Under the pieces are notes generated by a model that worked only from the letters and a program-made list of their open reading frames with translations, was not told where the DNA came from and made no database searches. Below are positions 42,567 through 52,876 of a stretch of 64,000 nt of DNA, piece by piece (the first letter of the stretch is position 1; the number at the start of each line of letters is the position of its first letter). The stretch spans positions 24,190-88,189 of the forward strand of contig CAVQWW010000006.1 of assembly GCA_963717785.1 (NCBI GenBank). Reading direction: 5' to 3'. This DNA comes from an uncultured Solirubrobacterales bacterium (GTDB lineage Bacteria; Actinomycetota; Thermoleophilia; Solirubrobacterales; Solirubrobacteraceae). The position numbers were made by a program, and so were the translations under genes.

Positions 42567-43306
42567 CCGCAGATCGCACCCCACCGCAGGGCGATCGCGA
42601 ACCTCGCGACCCCTCTGCCGGAGCCCGTCAGGGCGGAGGCTTTTCCGATCCTCGGATCCTTCAGGGCGGAGGCCTTCCCTATCGGGACGGCCAGGGAGCG
42701 CGCGGCCCCTCTGCCGGGGTGGGTGGGACCCCAATCATCGGAGGCTCTTCCAATCCCCGGATTCCGTGAGGGCGGAGGCTCTTCTTCCCTCCAGCGCCTG
42801 GAGACCCTGCTGCGCGAGCAGGGCGGCCTGATGGCGAGCCTGCTCCCCGCCGCTCCCCCCCGGCCAACGGCGCCGGGGGTGGGTGGGGGCCTGCTCAAGT
42901 GGTGGCCGCCGGCCCCCGCGTGAAGGAGGCCGCCGCCGAGTACGAGTTGCTCATCGAGGCGATCTACGAGGGCTATCTGCTGCACTACGGCGCGCCGCGG
43001 CTGCTGGCGCCGTCCGAGGCCGATGTGGGGCTGCTGGCGGGAGACCGGCTCTACGCGCTCGGCCTCGCGCGCCTGGTCGAGCTGGGGGACCTCGTTGCGG
43101 TGGGCGAGCTGGCGGACGTGATCACGCTCACCGCGCTCGCGCACGGCGACGGCGCCGGGGAGCTCGCCGCCGCCATCTGGGACGCGGGCGCGCGCGCCGT
43201 GGGGTGGGGCCCGAGCGAGGAGCACGAGCGTGCGAAGGCGCTCGCTCGCGCTGGGTCGCCGCAGGCGCTGGGGGCAATGCGGGCAAGCGGCAAGCGATAT
43301 TCTTAG
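42563..43306 (+). CDS. Hypothetical protein with repeat-expanded N-terminus (frameshifted)
   Basis: C-terminal part EAIYEGYLLHYG...LLAGDRLYALGL (isoprenoid-synthase-like helix pattern); ATG overlaps the hemL stop. Confidence 0.55.
42610..42788. repeat. Imperfect duplication with four (GGG)CGGAGGC(T/C)YTTCC modules
   Basis: CCCCTCTGCCGG occurs twice; mini-palindromes GATCCTCGGATC and AATCCCCGGATT. Confidence 0.7.
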
Positions 43307-43312
43307 GCTCCC

Positions 43313-43975
43313 GTGGCAAGCAGGCACGACCAGACCAAGTCCAAGTACACGCTCGACCGCCAGATTCCGGGCGCCTTCGAGGGCGAGACCGTGACGCGTC
43401 GGCGCTTCATGACGATCGGCGGCCAGGCCGCGGGGGGCGTCGCTGCGGCGTCGTTCCTGCTCCCCGCGCTGGGCTTCGCGATCGGGCCGATCTTCAAGAG
43501 CACCCCGCACCACTGGGAGACGGTGGGCACGATCGACGACTTCACGCCCTTCAACTACATCCCCGAGGTGATCACGCTCACGCCGGGCATCGGCGAGGCG
43601 GGCAAGACGACCGTCTACATACGCAAGCGCAACCCCGCGATCGACGTCGACCGCCCCGACTCCTTCAACAGGTTCATCGCGATCTCCTCGCGCTGCGCGC
43701 ACCTCGGCTGCCCCGTGCGCTGGGTGGACGCCGCCGAGCGCTTCATCTGCCCGTGCCACGGCGGCGTGTACGACCTGCTGGGGCGCCGCGTGGGTGGCCC
43801 CCCGGTGCGTCCGCTCGATCGCTTCTACACGCGCGTGGTGCGCGACGAAGTGCAGGTGGGCGCGCGCTACAGCGTGAACTCCGAGCTGCAGCGCTTCTCC
43901 CCGCGCGATCCGGGCGAGCCGATCGATGGGCTCGGCCAGTACATGTATCCATCGCGTCCCTCCGCGCAGAAGTAG
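43313..43975 (+). CDS. qcrA: Menaquinol-cytochrome c reductase Rieske subunit
   Basis: TRRRFM Tat motif, CAHLGC, CPCHGG. Confidence 0.93.
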   Translation: MASRHDQTKSKYTLDRQIPGAFEGETVTRRRFMTIGGQAAGGVAAASFLLPALGFAIGPIFKSTPHHWETVGTIDDFTPFNYIPEVITLTPGIGEAGKTTVYIRKRNPAIDVDRPDSFNRFIAISSRCAHLGCPVRWVDAAERFICPCHGGVYDLLGRRVGGPPVRPLDRFYTRVVRDEVQVGARYSVNSELQRFSPRDPGEPIDGLGQYMYPSRPSAQK

Positions 43976-43987
43976 CGAGGATCGCCG

Positions 43988-44815
43988 ATGCCCCGCATGC
44001 CCAAGCTCCCCGCGCCGCCCGTTCCGGGCCCGCTGAAGGCGCCCCCGCCGCGCCCGGGCGAGAACGGCGATGGCGATGGGAACGGCAAGGCCGGTCCCGG
44101 CGAGCTCGCCAAGGAAGCGGGGATCACGGTCGTTGATTGGGTCGACGAGCGCACCTCGCTGAGCGGCGCTGCACGCTGGGCGATGTTCCGCAAGGTGCCG
44201 CGCGGCACCAACTGGTTCTACACGCTGGGCTCGGCGACGTTGTTCGCGTTCCTCTCGCAGGCGGTAACGGGGGTGTTCCTGGCGATGTTCTACCGCCCCG
44301 ACCCCTCGGGCGGCGCGTACGAATCGATCCGCTACGTCACCAACGAAGTGTTCCTCGGGCAGTTCGTGCGCGGCATGCACAAGTGGGGCTCGAGCGTGAT
44401 GGTGATCCTCGTGTTCCTGCACATGGGGCGCACGTTCTTCTTCGGCGCCTACAAGTACCCGCGCGAGCTCAACTGGGTGATCGGCGTGGCGCTGCTGATC
44501 CTCACGATGATGATGTCCTTCACCGGCTACCTGCTGCCCTTCGATCAGCGCGCCTACTGGGCCACCGTGGTGGGCACCAACATCAACGGCACCGGCCCGC
44601 TGCTGGGGCCCTATCTGAGCGACTTCCTGCGCGGGGGCCCCGAATTCGGGGCGACCACGCTGTCGCGCTTCTACGCGATCCACATGCTGCTGATACCGGG
44701 CCTGCTGGTCGCGCTGATCGGCGCGCACCTGTATCTGGTGGCCAAGCTCGGCACCACCGCGCCGCCGTGGATCAAGGCCGAGGGCGAGCCCGAGCTGCGC
44801 AAGGCCGAGACCTGA
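43988..44815 (+). CDS. qcrB: Cytochrome b (b6-like, N-terminal half)
   Basis: RGMHKWG, LHMGR, PRELNW, FTGYLLP, TLSRFYAIH. Confidence 0.93.
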   Translation: MPRMPKLPAPPVPGPLKAPPPRPGENGDGDGNGKAGPGELAKEAGITVVDWVDERTSLSGAARWAMFRKVPRGTNWFYTLGSATLFAFLSQAVTGVFLAMFYRPDPSGGAYESIRYVTNEVFLGQFVRGMHKWGSSVMVILVFLHMGRTFFFGAYKYPRELNWVIGVALLILTMMMSFTGYLLPFDQRAYWATVVGTNINGTGPLLGPYLSDFLRGGPEFGATTLSRFYAIHMLLIPGLLVALIGAHLYLVAKLGTTAPPWIKAEGEPELRKAET

Positions 44816-45549
44816 TGAACCGGCGCGAGAAGGAGGAGTACCTCCGCGAATACTCCGTATTGAAGAGTGAAGGCAAGCCGTTCTTCCCCTACGCCGTGGG
44901 CAAGGACGCGGTGATGGCGTGCGTGGTGATGGCGTGCATCATCACGATGTCGCTCGTGCTGGGGGCCGAGCTGGGGTCCAAGGCGAACCCCACCACCACC
45001 ACCTACGTGCCCCGCCCGGAGTGGTACTTCTTCTTCCTGTTCGAGGTTCTGCGCGTGGTCAAGCCGCCCTCGCTGGTGCCGCTCGCGACGATCGGCGTGC
45101 CCACGCTGGCGATGATCCTGCTGTTCCTTTTGCCCTTCTACGATCGCGGCCCCGAGCGCCGGCCCGAGCGCCGTCCGATCGCCACCATCACGGGCATCCT
45201 CGTGATCGCCGCGATGGCCTTCCTCACCTACTCGGGCGCCAACGCGGGCTCGCCCACGGCGATCGAACTGGCGACGCCCGCGGCGGTGAAGAACGCCGGC
45301 GGGCAGGCCCTTGCAACCTATGAAGAAGGCAAGCTGGTGGTGGCCCAGTCGGGCTGCCTCGCGTGCCACAAGATCGGCGACAACGGCAACGACGGGCCGG
45401 GCCCGCAGCTGACGCACGTCGGCGCGCGCGTTCCGCGCCAGCAGATCGCGCGCACGCTCGTGAACCCCACGGCGCCGATGCCCTCGTTCAGGAACCTGCC
45501 GCCGAAGAAGTTCAACGCGGTGGTCGAATTCCTCTCGCAGCTCAAGTAG
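44815..45549 (+). CDS. qcrC: Cytochrome b subunit IV fused to cytochrome c
   Basis: PRPEWYF motif; CLACH heme motif; MPSF axial Met. Confidence 0.9.
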   Translation: MNRREKEEYLREYSVLKSEGKPFFPYAVGKDAVMACVVMACIITMSLVLGAELGSKANPTTTTYVPRPEWYFFFLFEVLRVVKPPSLVPLATIGVPTLAMILLFLLPFYDRGPERRPERRPIATITGILVIAAMAFLTYSGANAGSPTAIELATPAAVKNAGGQALATYEEGKLVVAQSGCLACHKIGDNGNDGPGPQLTHVGARVPRQQIARTLVNPTAPMPSFRNLPPKKFNAVVEFLSQLK

Positions 45550-45561
45550 TCGGCGGGCGCG

Positions 45562-46284
45562 ATGCCTGAGGCGGGCACGCTCGAGGCGGGCCAGGTGCGG
45601 GAGATGTTCGATCGCATCTCCGGCGTCTATGACCTGCTGAACAGCGCGATGACCGCCGGCCTGCACCACCGCTGGCGCGAGCGCGCCGTGGACATCGCGC
45701 AGGTTGGACCCGGGGCGAGGGTGCTCGATGTGGCCACCGGCACGGGCGACCTCGCGCTGGAGCTGGCGCGCCGCGTGGCCCCCGGCGGGGAGGTCGTGGG
45801 GAGCGACTTCTCCGAGGGGATGCTGGCGCGCGCGCGGAAGAAGGCACGGGCGGCAGGCTTGGATATGCGTTTTGAGTGGGGCGACGCGCTCGAGCTGCCC
45901 TATCCCGATGACTCCTTCGACGCCGCCACGGTGGGCTTTGGGGTGCGCAACTTCGCCGATCTCTACCAGGGCCTGGCGGAGATGGCGCGGGTGGTGCGCC
46001 CGGGGGGGAGGGTGGTGGTGCTGGAGTTCACAACGCCCACCCGTGCGCCGCTGTCGCTCTTCTACAGCCTGTGGTTCGATCGCGTGGTGCCTCTGCTGGG
46101 ACGCCTTTCCGCCGACCCAGACGCCTATGCCTACCTGCCCGAGTCGGTCAAGCGCTTCCCTGCCCCGGCGGCGCTCGCCGGCGAGCTGGAGCGCGCGGGG
46201 CTGGGCGAGATCCGCTACCTGCTCACCGCTGGGGGCATCGTCACGATCCATTCGGGCACGGTGCCGCCGGCGGGCGCGCGATGA
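45562..46284 (+). CDS. menG: Demethylmenaquinone methyltransferase (UbiE/MenG)
   Basis: MFDRIS..YDLLN, LDVATGTGD, FGVRN, YAYLPES. Confidence 0.93.
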   Translation: MPEAGTLEAGQVREMFDRISGVYDLLNSAMTAGLHHRWRERAVDIAQVGPGARVLDVATGTGDLALELARRVAPGGEVVGSDFSEGMLARARKKARAAGLDMRFEWGDALELPYPDDSFDAATVGFGVRNFADLYQGLAEMARVVRPGGRVVVLEFTTPTRAPLSLFYSLWFDRVVPLLGRLSADPDAYAYLPESVKRFPAPAALAGELERAGLGEIRYLLTAGGIVTIHSGTVPPAGAR

Positions 46285-47310
46285 GCGCGAGCGCCGTGGA
46301 CGGCAATGGCGACGTTGACGCCGTCGAGGCGATCATGCGCAGCGGCGGGCGGGGGCTGCGCGAGCGCATGGCGCGCACCGAGGCCCACCTGGAGCGGGTG
46401 ACCGCCGAGGCGGGCGCGCCGCTGGCCTCGCACGCGACGGCCACGGTGGTGGCGGGGGGCAAGCGCCTGCGCCCGCTGCTGGTGGTGCTCGCCGCCGAGG
46501 CCGCCGGCGGACCGCGCGAGGGCAGCGAGGGCGAGATCCACCTGGTGCGCGCGGCGGTGGCGGTCGAGCTGGTGCATTCCGCCACGCTGGTGCACGACGA
46601 CGTGATCGATGGCGCCCAACTGCGTCGCGGGCACCCCACGGTGGTGGCGAGGGCGGGGCGCGAGACGGCGATCGCGACCGGCGACCTGCTCTTCTCGCGC
46701 GCCTTCGCCGAGCTCGCGCGCAACGGCAGCCTCGCACAGCTGCAGGCGCTCTCCGACGCCAGCTCAGCGCTCGCCGCGGGCGAGCTGCTGCAGCGCGAGG
46801 ACGCCTATGCGCCGCACGTGGCCGTCGAGCGCTATCTGCGCCGCTGCGAGCTGAAGACCGCCGCGCTGTTCGAGGCCGCCTGCCGGCTGGGGGCGCTCGT
46901 GGCGGCGGAGGGCTCGCGCACCCTCGCCGACGCGCTCGGCGCGTTCGCGCGGCGCATCGGCCTGGCCTTCCAGCTGCTCGACGACGTGCTCGACGTCTCC
47001 GGCCCGGTGGAGCGCACGGGCAAGTCGCGCGGCACCGACCTGCTCGATGGGACCGTCACGCTGCCGCTGATCCTCGCGCGCGAGCGCGATGGCGAGCTGG
47101 CGGCCTTCGACCTCGCCTCGCTGCGCAGCCCCGAGCAGGCGCAGGCGCTGTGCGAACGGATCGCCGCGACAGGCGCCCTCGCACAGGCGCGCGACCGCGC
47201 GCTGGCGCTCGTGGCGCAGGCGAAGGCGGCGCTGCCCGCGAGCCTGCCACGGGGCGCGGGCCGGACTGCTCGATCTGGTAGCTGACGCGGTGGTGGAGCG
47301 TTATCGCTAA
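46281..47310 (+). CDS. Polyprenyl diphosphate synthase (frameshift near 47256)
   Basis: GGKRLRP, LVHDDVID..LRRG, KTA, FQLLDDVLD. Confidence 0.92.
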
Positions 47311-47645
47311 AAGTCGGACGGGACGATCACATCGGCGTCCAGAGCACGGACGAAGAAGTCAATCTCCTGAGCCATGTTGGCGTGTGTCATGCGCCGGAAG
47401 TCGCTAAGGAGCGCCGCGGTGGCGCGGTCGAGCTCGTCGTCCAGCCGCTCCACCGCGGACTGCCCGAAGACCCCCTCGCGGCACTCCTCGCACTCGGGGC
47501 AGCGCAGCAGCACGCGCCAGTATCCGGGACGCTCCTCGGACCAGTCGATCGGGTAGACGAGCTCCCCGCCGCAGCTCGTGCAGACGTGCAGCCAGGCCTC
47601 CAGCTGCACCTCTTGGCCTACGCGGTTGTCGTTCTGGGAGTACAT
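47307..47645 (-). CDS. Hypothetical zinc-ribbon protein
   Basis: CTSC...RCPEC followed by an acidic helical C-terminus. Confidence 0.75.
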   Translation of the reverse strand: MYSQNDNRVGQEVQLEAWLHVCTSCGGELVYPIDWSEERPGYWRVLLRCPECEECREGVFGQSAVERLDDELDRATAALLSDFRRMTHANMAQEIDFFVRALDADVIVPSDF

Positions 47646-47765
47646 GGTCGCTCGCCCACGTCATCGACTCGCCATGAGGACCTCTTTAGTCGGTGGCAAC
47701 GAACGCGTAGGTTTGCGGAAGTTGGTACGTAGTCCGCCGCCTGAGCACTGCTAGTTTCAAAGGAA

Positions 47766-48842
47766 ATGGCCAGCGCGATACGTACTGTCGGCCACCAGGA
47801 CCGCCTTTCCCTGGTCGATCATCTGGACGAGCTGCGCACCCGCCTGCTGATCAGCGCACTGGCACTGGCGGTGGCCTTCGGCGTGTGCTTCTGGCAGAAC
47901 CACGCGCTGCTGAACTTCATCAACAAGCCCTTCGCGAAGGAAACGGTGGCGCAGGCGAAGAAGGGCAACGGACCGCAGGGCCAGACCTACCTGGCCCAGC
48001 AGGGGGTGCTGGCGGTGGCGGGCGACACCGAGGCGCTCGCGCGCGTCCTCGGCTCCCCGCACAGCGGGCTGCCCGCAGCGACGCGCGCTCAGCTGGCGGC
48101 CGTGATCCCCCGCCTGCGCGCCGATGTGGCGAGGATTCCGAAGGTCCCCCCGGCCAACAAGCCGGTGACGCTGGGGATCGGCGAGCCGCTCACGACGACG
48201 CTCAGCGTGACCCTCTACTTCGCGGTGCTGCTCGCGCTGCCGGTGATCCTGTTCGAGCTCTACGGCTTCATCCTGCCCGCGTTCAGCCCGAGAGAGAGAC
48301 GCGGGATCATGCCGCTGCTGGTGGCGATCCCGTTCCTGTTCGCGATCGGGGTGGCGTTCGGCTACTACGTGGTGCTGCCCGCGGCGGTGCGCTTCCTGCT
48401 GAACTTCAACAGCGAACAGTTCAACGTGCTGGTGCAGGGCAACCAGTACTACAAGTTCGCGGCCACCACGCTGCTTGCGATGGGGCTGATCTTCCAGGTG
48501 CCGGTCGCGATCCTGGCGACGGTGCGCGCGGGGATCGTGACCCCGGATCAGCTGCGCCGCGGGCGCCGCTACGCGATCGTGGCGTGCGCGGCGATCGCGG
48601 CGCTCCTCCCGGGGGACGTCACAACGATGCTGCTGGAGACGATCCCCCTCTATGTGCTGTATGAGGCGAGTATCCTGTTGGCGTCGTTCGTCACACGGCG
48701 CGAGCGCCGGCGCGAGACCGCGCTGGAGGGTGCGCCGGGTGCGAGCACCCCCGCCGCGCAGGCGAGTGGCACGGCGGATCACACTACGGAGCAGAGCGTG
48801 CAGGAGATCATCGACCACACCGACCCCGAGCTGAGCGACTGA
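47766..48842 (+). CDS. tatC: Twin-arginine translocase TatC
   Basis: LVDHLDELRTRL, FILPAF..RE, GVAFGYYVVLP, FQVP, LYE. Confidence 0.93.
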   Translation: MASAIRTVGHQDRLSLVDHLDELRTRLLISALALAVAFGVCFWQNHALLNFINKPFAKETVAQAKKGNGPQGQTYLAQQGVLAVAGDTEALARVLGSPHSGLPAATRAQLAAVIPRLRADVARIPKVPPANKPVTLGIGEPLTTTLSVTLYFAVLLALPVILFELYGFILPAFSPRERRGIMPLLVAIPFLFAIGVAFGYYVVLPAAVRFLLNFNSEQFNVLVQGNQYYKFAATTLLAMGLIFQVPVAILATVRAGIVTPDQLRRGRRYAIVACAAIAALLPGDVTTMLLETIPLYVLYEASILLASFVTRRERRRETALEGAPGASTPAAQASGTADHTTEQSVQEIIDHTDPELSD

Positions 48843-49743
48843 TGCTGTTCGACCTGCGAGGACGCGGGCGCCGGCGCACGGTGCGGATCGTCTACTCGGG
48901 CTTGGCGCTGCTGTTCTTCCTGGGCTTCGTGGGCTTCGGCGTGGGCAGCTTCGGCGGCGGCGGCGTCGCCGAACTGCTCGGCGGCAAGGGCGGCGGCGGC
49001 GGCGAAAGCTACGAATCGCAGGTGAAGGCCGCGAAGAAGCTCACGGTGCACCAGCCCAACAACCCCGCCGCCTGGAGCGGCGCTGATCCACGCCACGCTG
49101 CTGCAGGCCGGAACGGGCGACAACTACAGCAAAACCGAAGAAGTCTTCACCACCAAGGCGCACCCGCTGCTGGCGCAGGTGCAGGAAGCGTGGCAGCGCT
49201 ACCTGAAGCTCGAACCCCATCACCCGAGCTCCGAAGTGGCGAGCGAAGTGATGCGGCATCTACGACCCCGCCACCGGCGGCATCAACAACCCCGCGGCTG
49301 CCGTGCGCGTGCTGAAGATCGAGATCGCCGGCCGCGCCCCGAGCGCGACGCTGTACTACGACCTGGCGGTGCTCTCCTACCAGGCGAAGAACAAGCGCGA
49401 AGGCGACCGCGCGTCGGCGAAGGCGATCGCGCTGGCCCCCGCCGCGCAGAAGGGGATCCTCAAGAGCTACCTCGCGAAGGCCAAGGAAGGCAAGTCCCCC
49501 ACGGAAGCCGCCTCGACGGGCGCCTCAAACGGAGCGGAGACGGTGACGATCCCGGCGTCCAAGCTGGGCAAGGGCGCGACCAAGGCCCAGACGGTGACGA
49601 TCCCCGCGTCCCAGCTGGGGAAGAGCGCCAACGGCCGGACGGTGTCGGTCCCCGCGTCGTCGCTGACGGCGACCTCGACCGCGAGCGCGACCGCCACGAC
49701 GCCGACGAGCACCGCCCCGGCGACGACGGCGCCGAAGAAGTAG
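48842..49743 (+). CDS. Membrane-anchored TPR-like hypothetical protein (frameshifts near 49080 and 49260)
   Basis: MLFDLRGRGRRR, one TM helix, helical repeats, C-terminal TVTIPAS repeats. Confidence 0.65.
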
Positions 49744-49754
49744 GCGCCGCCTGG

Positions 49755-50625
49755 ATGGACCGCCCGGGCTATACGGGCCGTCTGCTGGTGAACTGCGCCG
49801 ACCGGCCCGGCATCGTGGCCGCCGTGTCCGGGTTCCTGTTCGAGCGCGGGGCCAACATCGTCTCCTCGCACCAGTACTCCTCCGACCCGCTGGGCGGCAG
49901 GTTCTTCCTGCGCACGGAGTTCTTCCTGGAGGAGGACTCACATCCGATCCTCCTCGCGCGCGGCGCTGCGCGAGAGCTTCCAGGCGGAGGTGGCTGAGCG
50001 CTTGCAGATGGAGTGGCGCCTGCGCTTCTGGGGCGAGCGCCGCCGCATCGCGATCCTGGTCTCGCGCCACGACCACTGCCTGGTCGATCTGCTGTGGCGC
50101 CAGCGTCGCGGCGAGCTCGACGCGGAGGTGGTCGCCGTGATCTCCAACCACCCGGATCTGCGAGCCGAGACGGAGGCCGCGGGCGTGCCCTTCCATCACG
50201 TACTGGTGGAGGGCGGCATGGCTCAGGCCGAGGAGCGGATGCTCGAGCTGCTCGCCGGCCGGGTGGACGTGGTGGTGCTCGCGCGCTACATGCAGATCCT
50301 CAGCGCTGCCTTCCTCGCCCGCGTGGGCGCGCCCGCGATCAACATCCACCACTCCTTCCTCCCGGCCTTCGCGGGCGCCGATCCCCACCGCCGCGCGCGC
50401 GAGCACGGCGTGAAGCTGATCGGAGCGACGGCCCACTACGTCACCGAGGAGCTCGACGGAGGCCCGATCATCGAACAGGGAGTCGAGCGGGTAGATCACC
50501 GCCTGAGCGTGACGGAGCTGGAGCGCGTGGGGCGCGACATCGAGCGCGTGGTGCTCGCAAGGGCACTTGCGCTGCACCTCGACGACCGCGTGATCGTCGA
50601 TGGCGGGCGCACGGTCGTGTTCTGA
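49755..50625 (+). CDS. purU: Formyltetrahydrofolate deformylase (frameshift near 49950)
   Basis: CADRPGIVAAVS ACT domain; LARYMQIL, INIHHSFLP, GVKLIGATAHYVT..LDGGPIIEQ. Confidence 0.95.
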
Positions 50626-50683
50626 GCTCGGCTAGAATCCCCGAGCCAATCCTCGGACCGGCTTCCCATGCCGAAGTTCGCGC

Positions 50684-50756
50684 GGGCCGTTAGCTCAATT
50701 GGCAGAGCAGGGGCCTCTTAAGCCCAAGGTTGCAGGTTCGATTCCTGCACGGCCCA
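50684..50756 (+). tRNA. tRNA-Lys(CTT)
   Basis: GGGCCGT/ACGGCCC acceptor stem, anticodon loop CTCTTAA, T-arm GCAGG-TTCGATT-CCTGC. Confidence 0.96.
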
Positions 50757-50760
50757 TTGG

Positions 50761-50800
50761 GGCGATCCCGGGATTCGTTCCGGGGTCGCCATTTCTTTTA
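50761..50800 (+). terminator. Intrinsic terminator after tRNA-Lys
   Basis: GGCGATCCCGGGA-TTCG-TTCCGGGGTCGCC followed by ATTTCTTTTA. Confidence 0.8.
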
Positions 50801-51032
50801 ACCGGCCTGTTTGCAGGGGATTCCCGGGGGGTCAGAAGTGTTCCGGGGTTCGAGGGTGCGATCGGACTGGGAGTCCCCACTGCACGGGCCGTTTGTTCCG
50901 GGATTCTGGGGAGGCGTTTCTGCGCCTCCGGGGAGTGTCGGTGTCGCCCTGTCTGTGCCGTGCCGACACCGCGCCGGTGAGAACCGGCGGGTACTGGCGA
51001 GCGGCGTGGTGGTGTGGCTGACGCTGGGCGGG

Positions 51033-52697
51033 TCAGGCGGCGAGGACGCCGAGCCCGTCGCATTCTGGACCGCGGTGCAGGTCCGCGAGAGGAGCCTGCG
51101 GCGCCCCGAAGATACGTTCCAGCTCGGCTTCTGCCTCCTTGAGCTGGATCGGGTCCGGCCCGGGGTTGGGTGCGTCGCGCGTTGCGTAGCGCAGCAGGTC
51201 GAGTTGCTCGGCTATCTGGTGGGTGGGCTCGAACAGCCCTTGGTGGTGGATGTAGCGGGTGGCGGTGATCGTTAGGAGCCCGAGCTGGATGAGCCAGTCG
51301 AGGGTGCTCTCGCGCTTGGTGCGCAGTTTGTTTTGCCCGGTGCCGCCGAGGCGGAGGTGTTTGATCTGGGCGTTGATGCTCTCCACGCTGTTGCGCCGCA
51401 GGAGCAGCGCGGATCGCAGGTAGCTCATCGGGCTGTCGCCGTGGCGGGGCAGGAAGGAGTACGCGCGGGGGTCTTCGACGAATCGCTGGGTGACATCGGG
51501 GCAGCGTCCGATCGGGCAGCGAAAGCGCCGCCGGGCGCCGCTGAGGTCCATCGGGGTTCCTCGGGGGATGCCCTGCGCGAGGCGCCGCGTGAGCGTGGGG
51601 TAGCCGTCGGTGTGACGGAAGGCCATTGGCCCGTGGTCGCAGATCGGGATGTCGTGGGGGCTCTTCAGCCGCTCTCCGTGCGGCACGAAGACGGGATGGA
51701 TCGACCAGCGGCTCTCCAGTTCGATGTGAAACCGTTCGGAGTGGTCGTAGTCGGCGTCGCCGACCAGATAGCTCATCGGGCAGTCGGGCCACAGTTCGAA
51801 CAGCATTTCGATCAGCGAGCTGGCGGCCTGGCGCTCGTCGACCGTTGCTGGGAACATGCCCCACACGAGCGGCAGGGTGCTGGCGAGGTCGCTGATCAGG
51901 ACGAGCTTGTAGCCGGTCCACCGCTTGAAGGGCTGGCCTTCTTCATCCACGTAGCGGACGTAGTCGGCGCGCGGTGCCTGCGAGCCGATCAGCAGCGCGC
52001 GCATGATCTGGTCGATGGGCTTGCGCTGCTGGAAGTGCCCCTCGATGTTGGTTCCGTCCACCACGCCCACCTCCCCGATCCGGGTGGGCAGGCGTCCGGG
52101 GCGCTCGGGCACGCCCGCGGCCAAGCGTCGCACGAGGTCGATGTTGAGCAGGCATGTCAGCTCGGGCGGTGTGCGCCGATAGATCATCTGCACGTTTTCG
52201 TACACGCTCGACTCTGGTTTGGCTCGTGGGTGTCCGAAAGCGAATCCCGCCAGGGCGTAGCCGTCGAGGAGCTGCCGCGCGGCGCGTATGCGAGGCCCGG
52301 CGAGTCCGCTCGCCATCGCGTACAGGACCGCGACCGCGCAGCTATAGTCGGTGTGGGGCCCGCTGCTGGCGTAGCGTTCGAGTTGTTCGCTCAGCCAGCG
52401 CATTGCTGGCAGGCGCGTGATCGCCGCGATCTCCACTAGGCGGTGTATCGAGTCTCGCTTCGGGGCGGTGAGGATGGGCGCGAGCTGCTCGACCTTCCTC
52501 AGCAGTTCCTCCTTGCCGCCAGCGAGAAGCTCCTGGAGTTCCCGCTGGGCTTGGTGGTGGACCTCGGCGTCGCTGAGCTCTGGCTCAGCGCGCCTGAGCT
52601 CGAGCGCCTTCAGGTGCAGGAACTCCCGCACCCGCTGAGGGCGTTGGGTGGTGCCCGGGCTTCGTGTGCGGCCTGGGGATCTCCGGATGTCGGTCAT
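51033..52697 (-). mobile_element. Divergent DDE transposase (IS4/IS5/IS1182-like superfamily)
   Basis: VVDGT, GYKLVLISD, LVGDADYD, Cys/His insert CDHG...CPIGRC, RRNSVESINAQIK; no terminal inverted repeats seen. Confidence 0.8.
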
Positions 52698-52789
52698 CGC
52701 CGAGCCTCCCTGCTCCCAGTGCTGGGCTGCAAGGAAGCACGGCGTCGGCTTCGCGTGCTACGTTCGGGCGTGCCAAAGGTGGTTCTCAC
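52694..52789 (-). CDS. Putative 31-aa leader peptide translationally coupled to the transposase
   Basis: AGGAGG 6 nt before GTG 52789; TGA overlaps the transposase ATG (ATGA). Confidence 0.5.
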   Translation of the reverse strand: MRTTFGTPERSTRSRRRASLQPSTGSREARR

Positions 52790-52810
52790 AAGGTTCCTCC
52801 TGCTGGTGAC

Positions 52811-52846
52811 GAGCCCCCGGGTCCAACAACCCGGGGGCTCACTTTG
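52811..52846 (+). terminator. Perfect 11-bp hairpin with ACTTT tail
   Basis: GAGCCCCCGGG-TCCAACAA-CCCGGGGGCTC-ACTTTG. Confidence 0.65.
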
Positions 52847-52876
52847 ATGTTGGGGTCGTCAGGGTGTTTGGATCGA

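Noticed and set aside
42610-42788. Repeated CGGAGGC modules as a mini-CRISPR array
   Set aside because: The repeats are short and degenerate, spacing is irregular, the spacers resemble each other, and no cas genes are present.
50880-50893. CTGCACGGGCCGTT resembling tRNA-Lys ends (possible att remnant)
   Set aside because: Only 8-bp matches in GC-rich DNA; compatible with chance.
50801-52876. Terminal inverted repeats around the transposase
   Set aside because: The best match seen is 8 bp (ACTGGGAG/CTCCCAGT) with no target duplication; not convincing.
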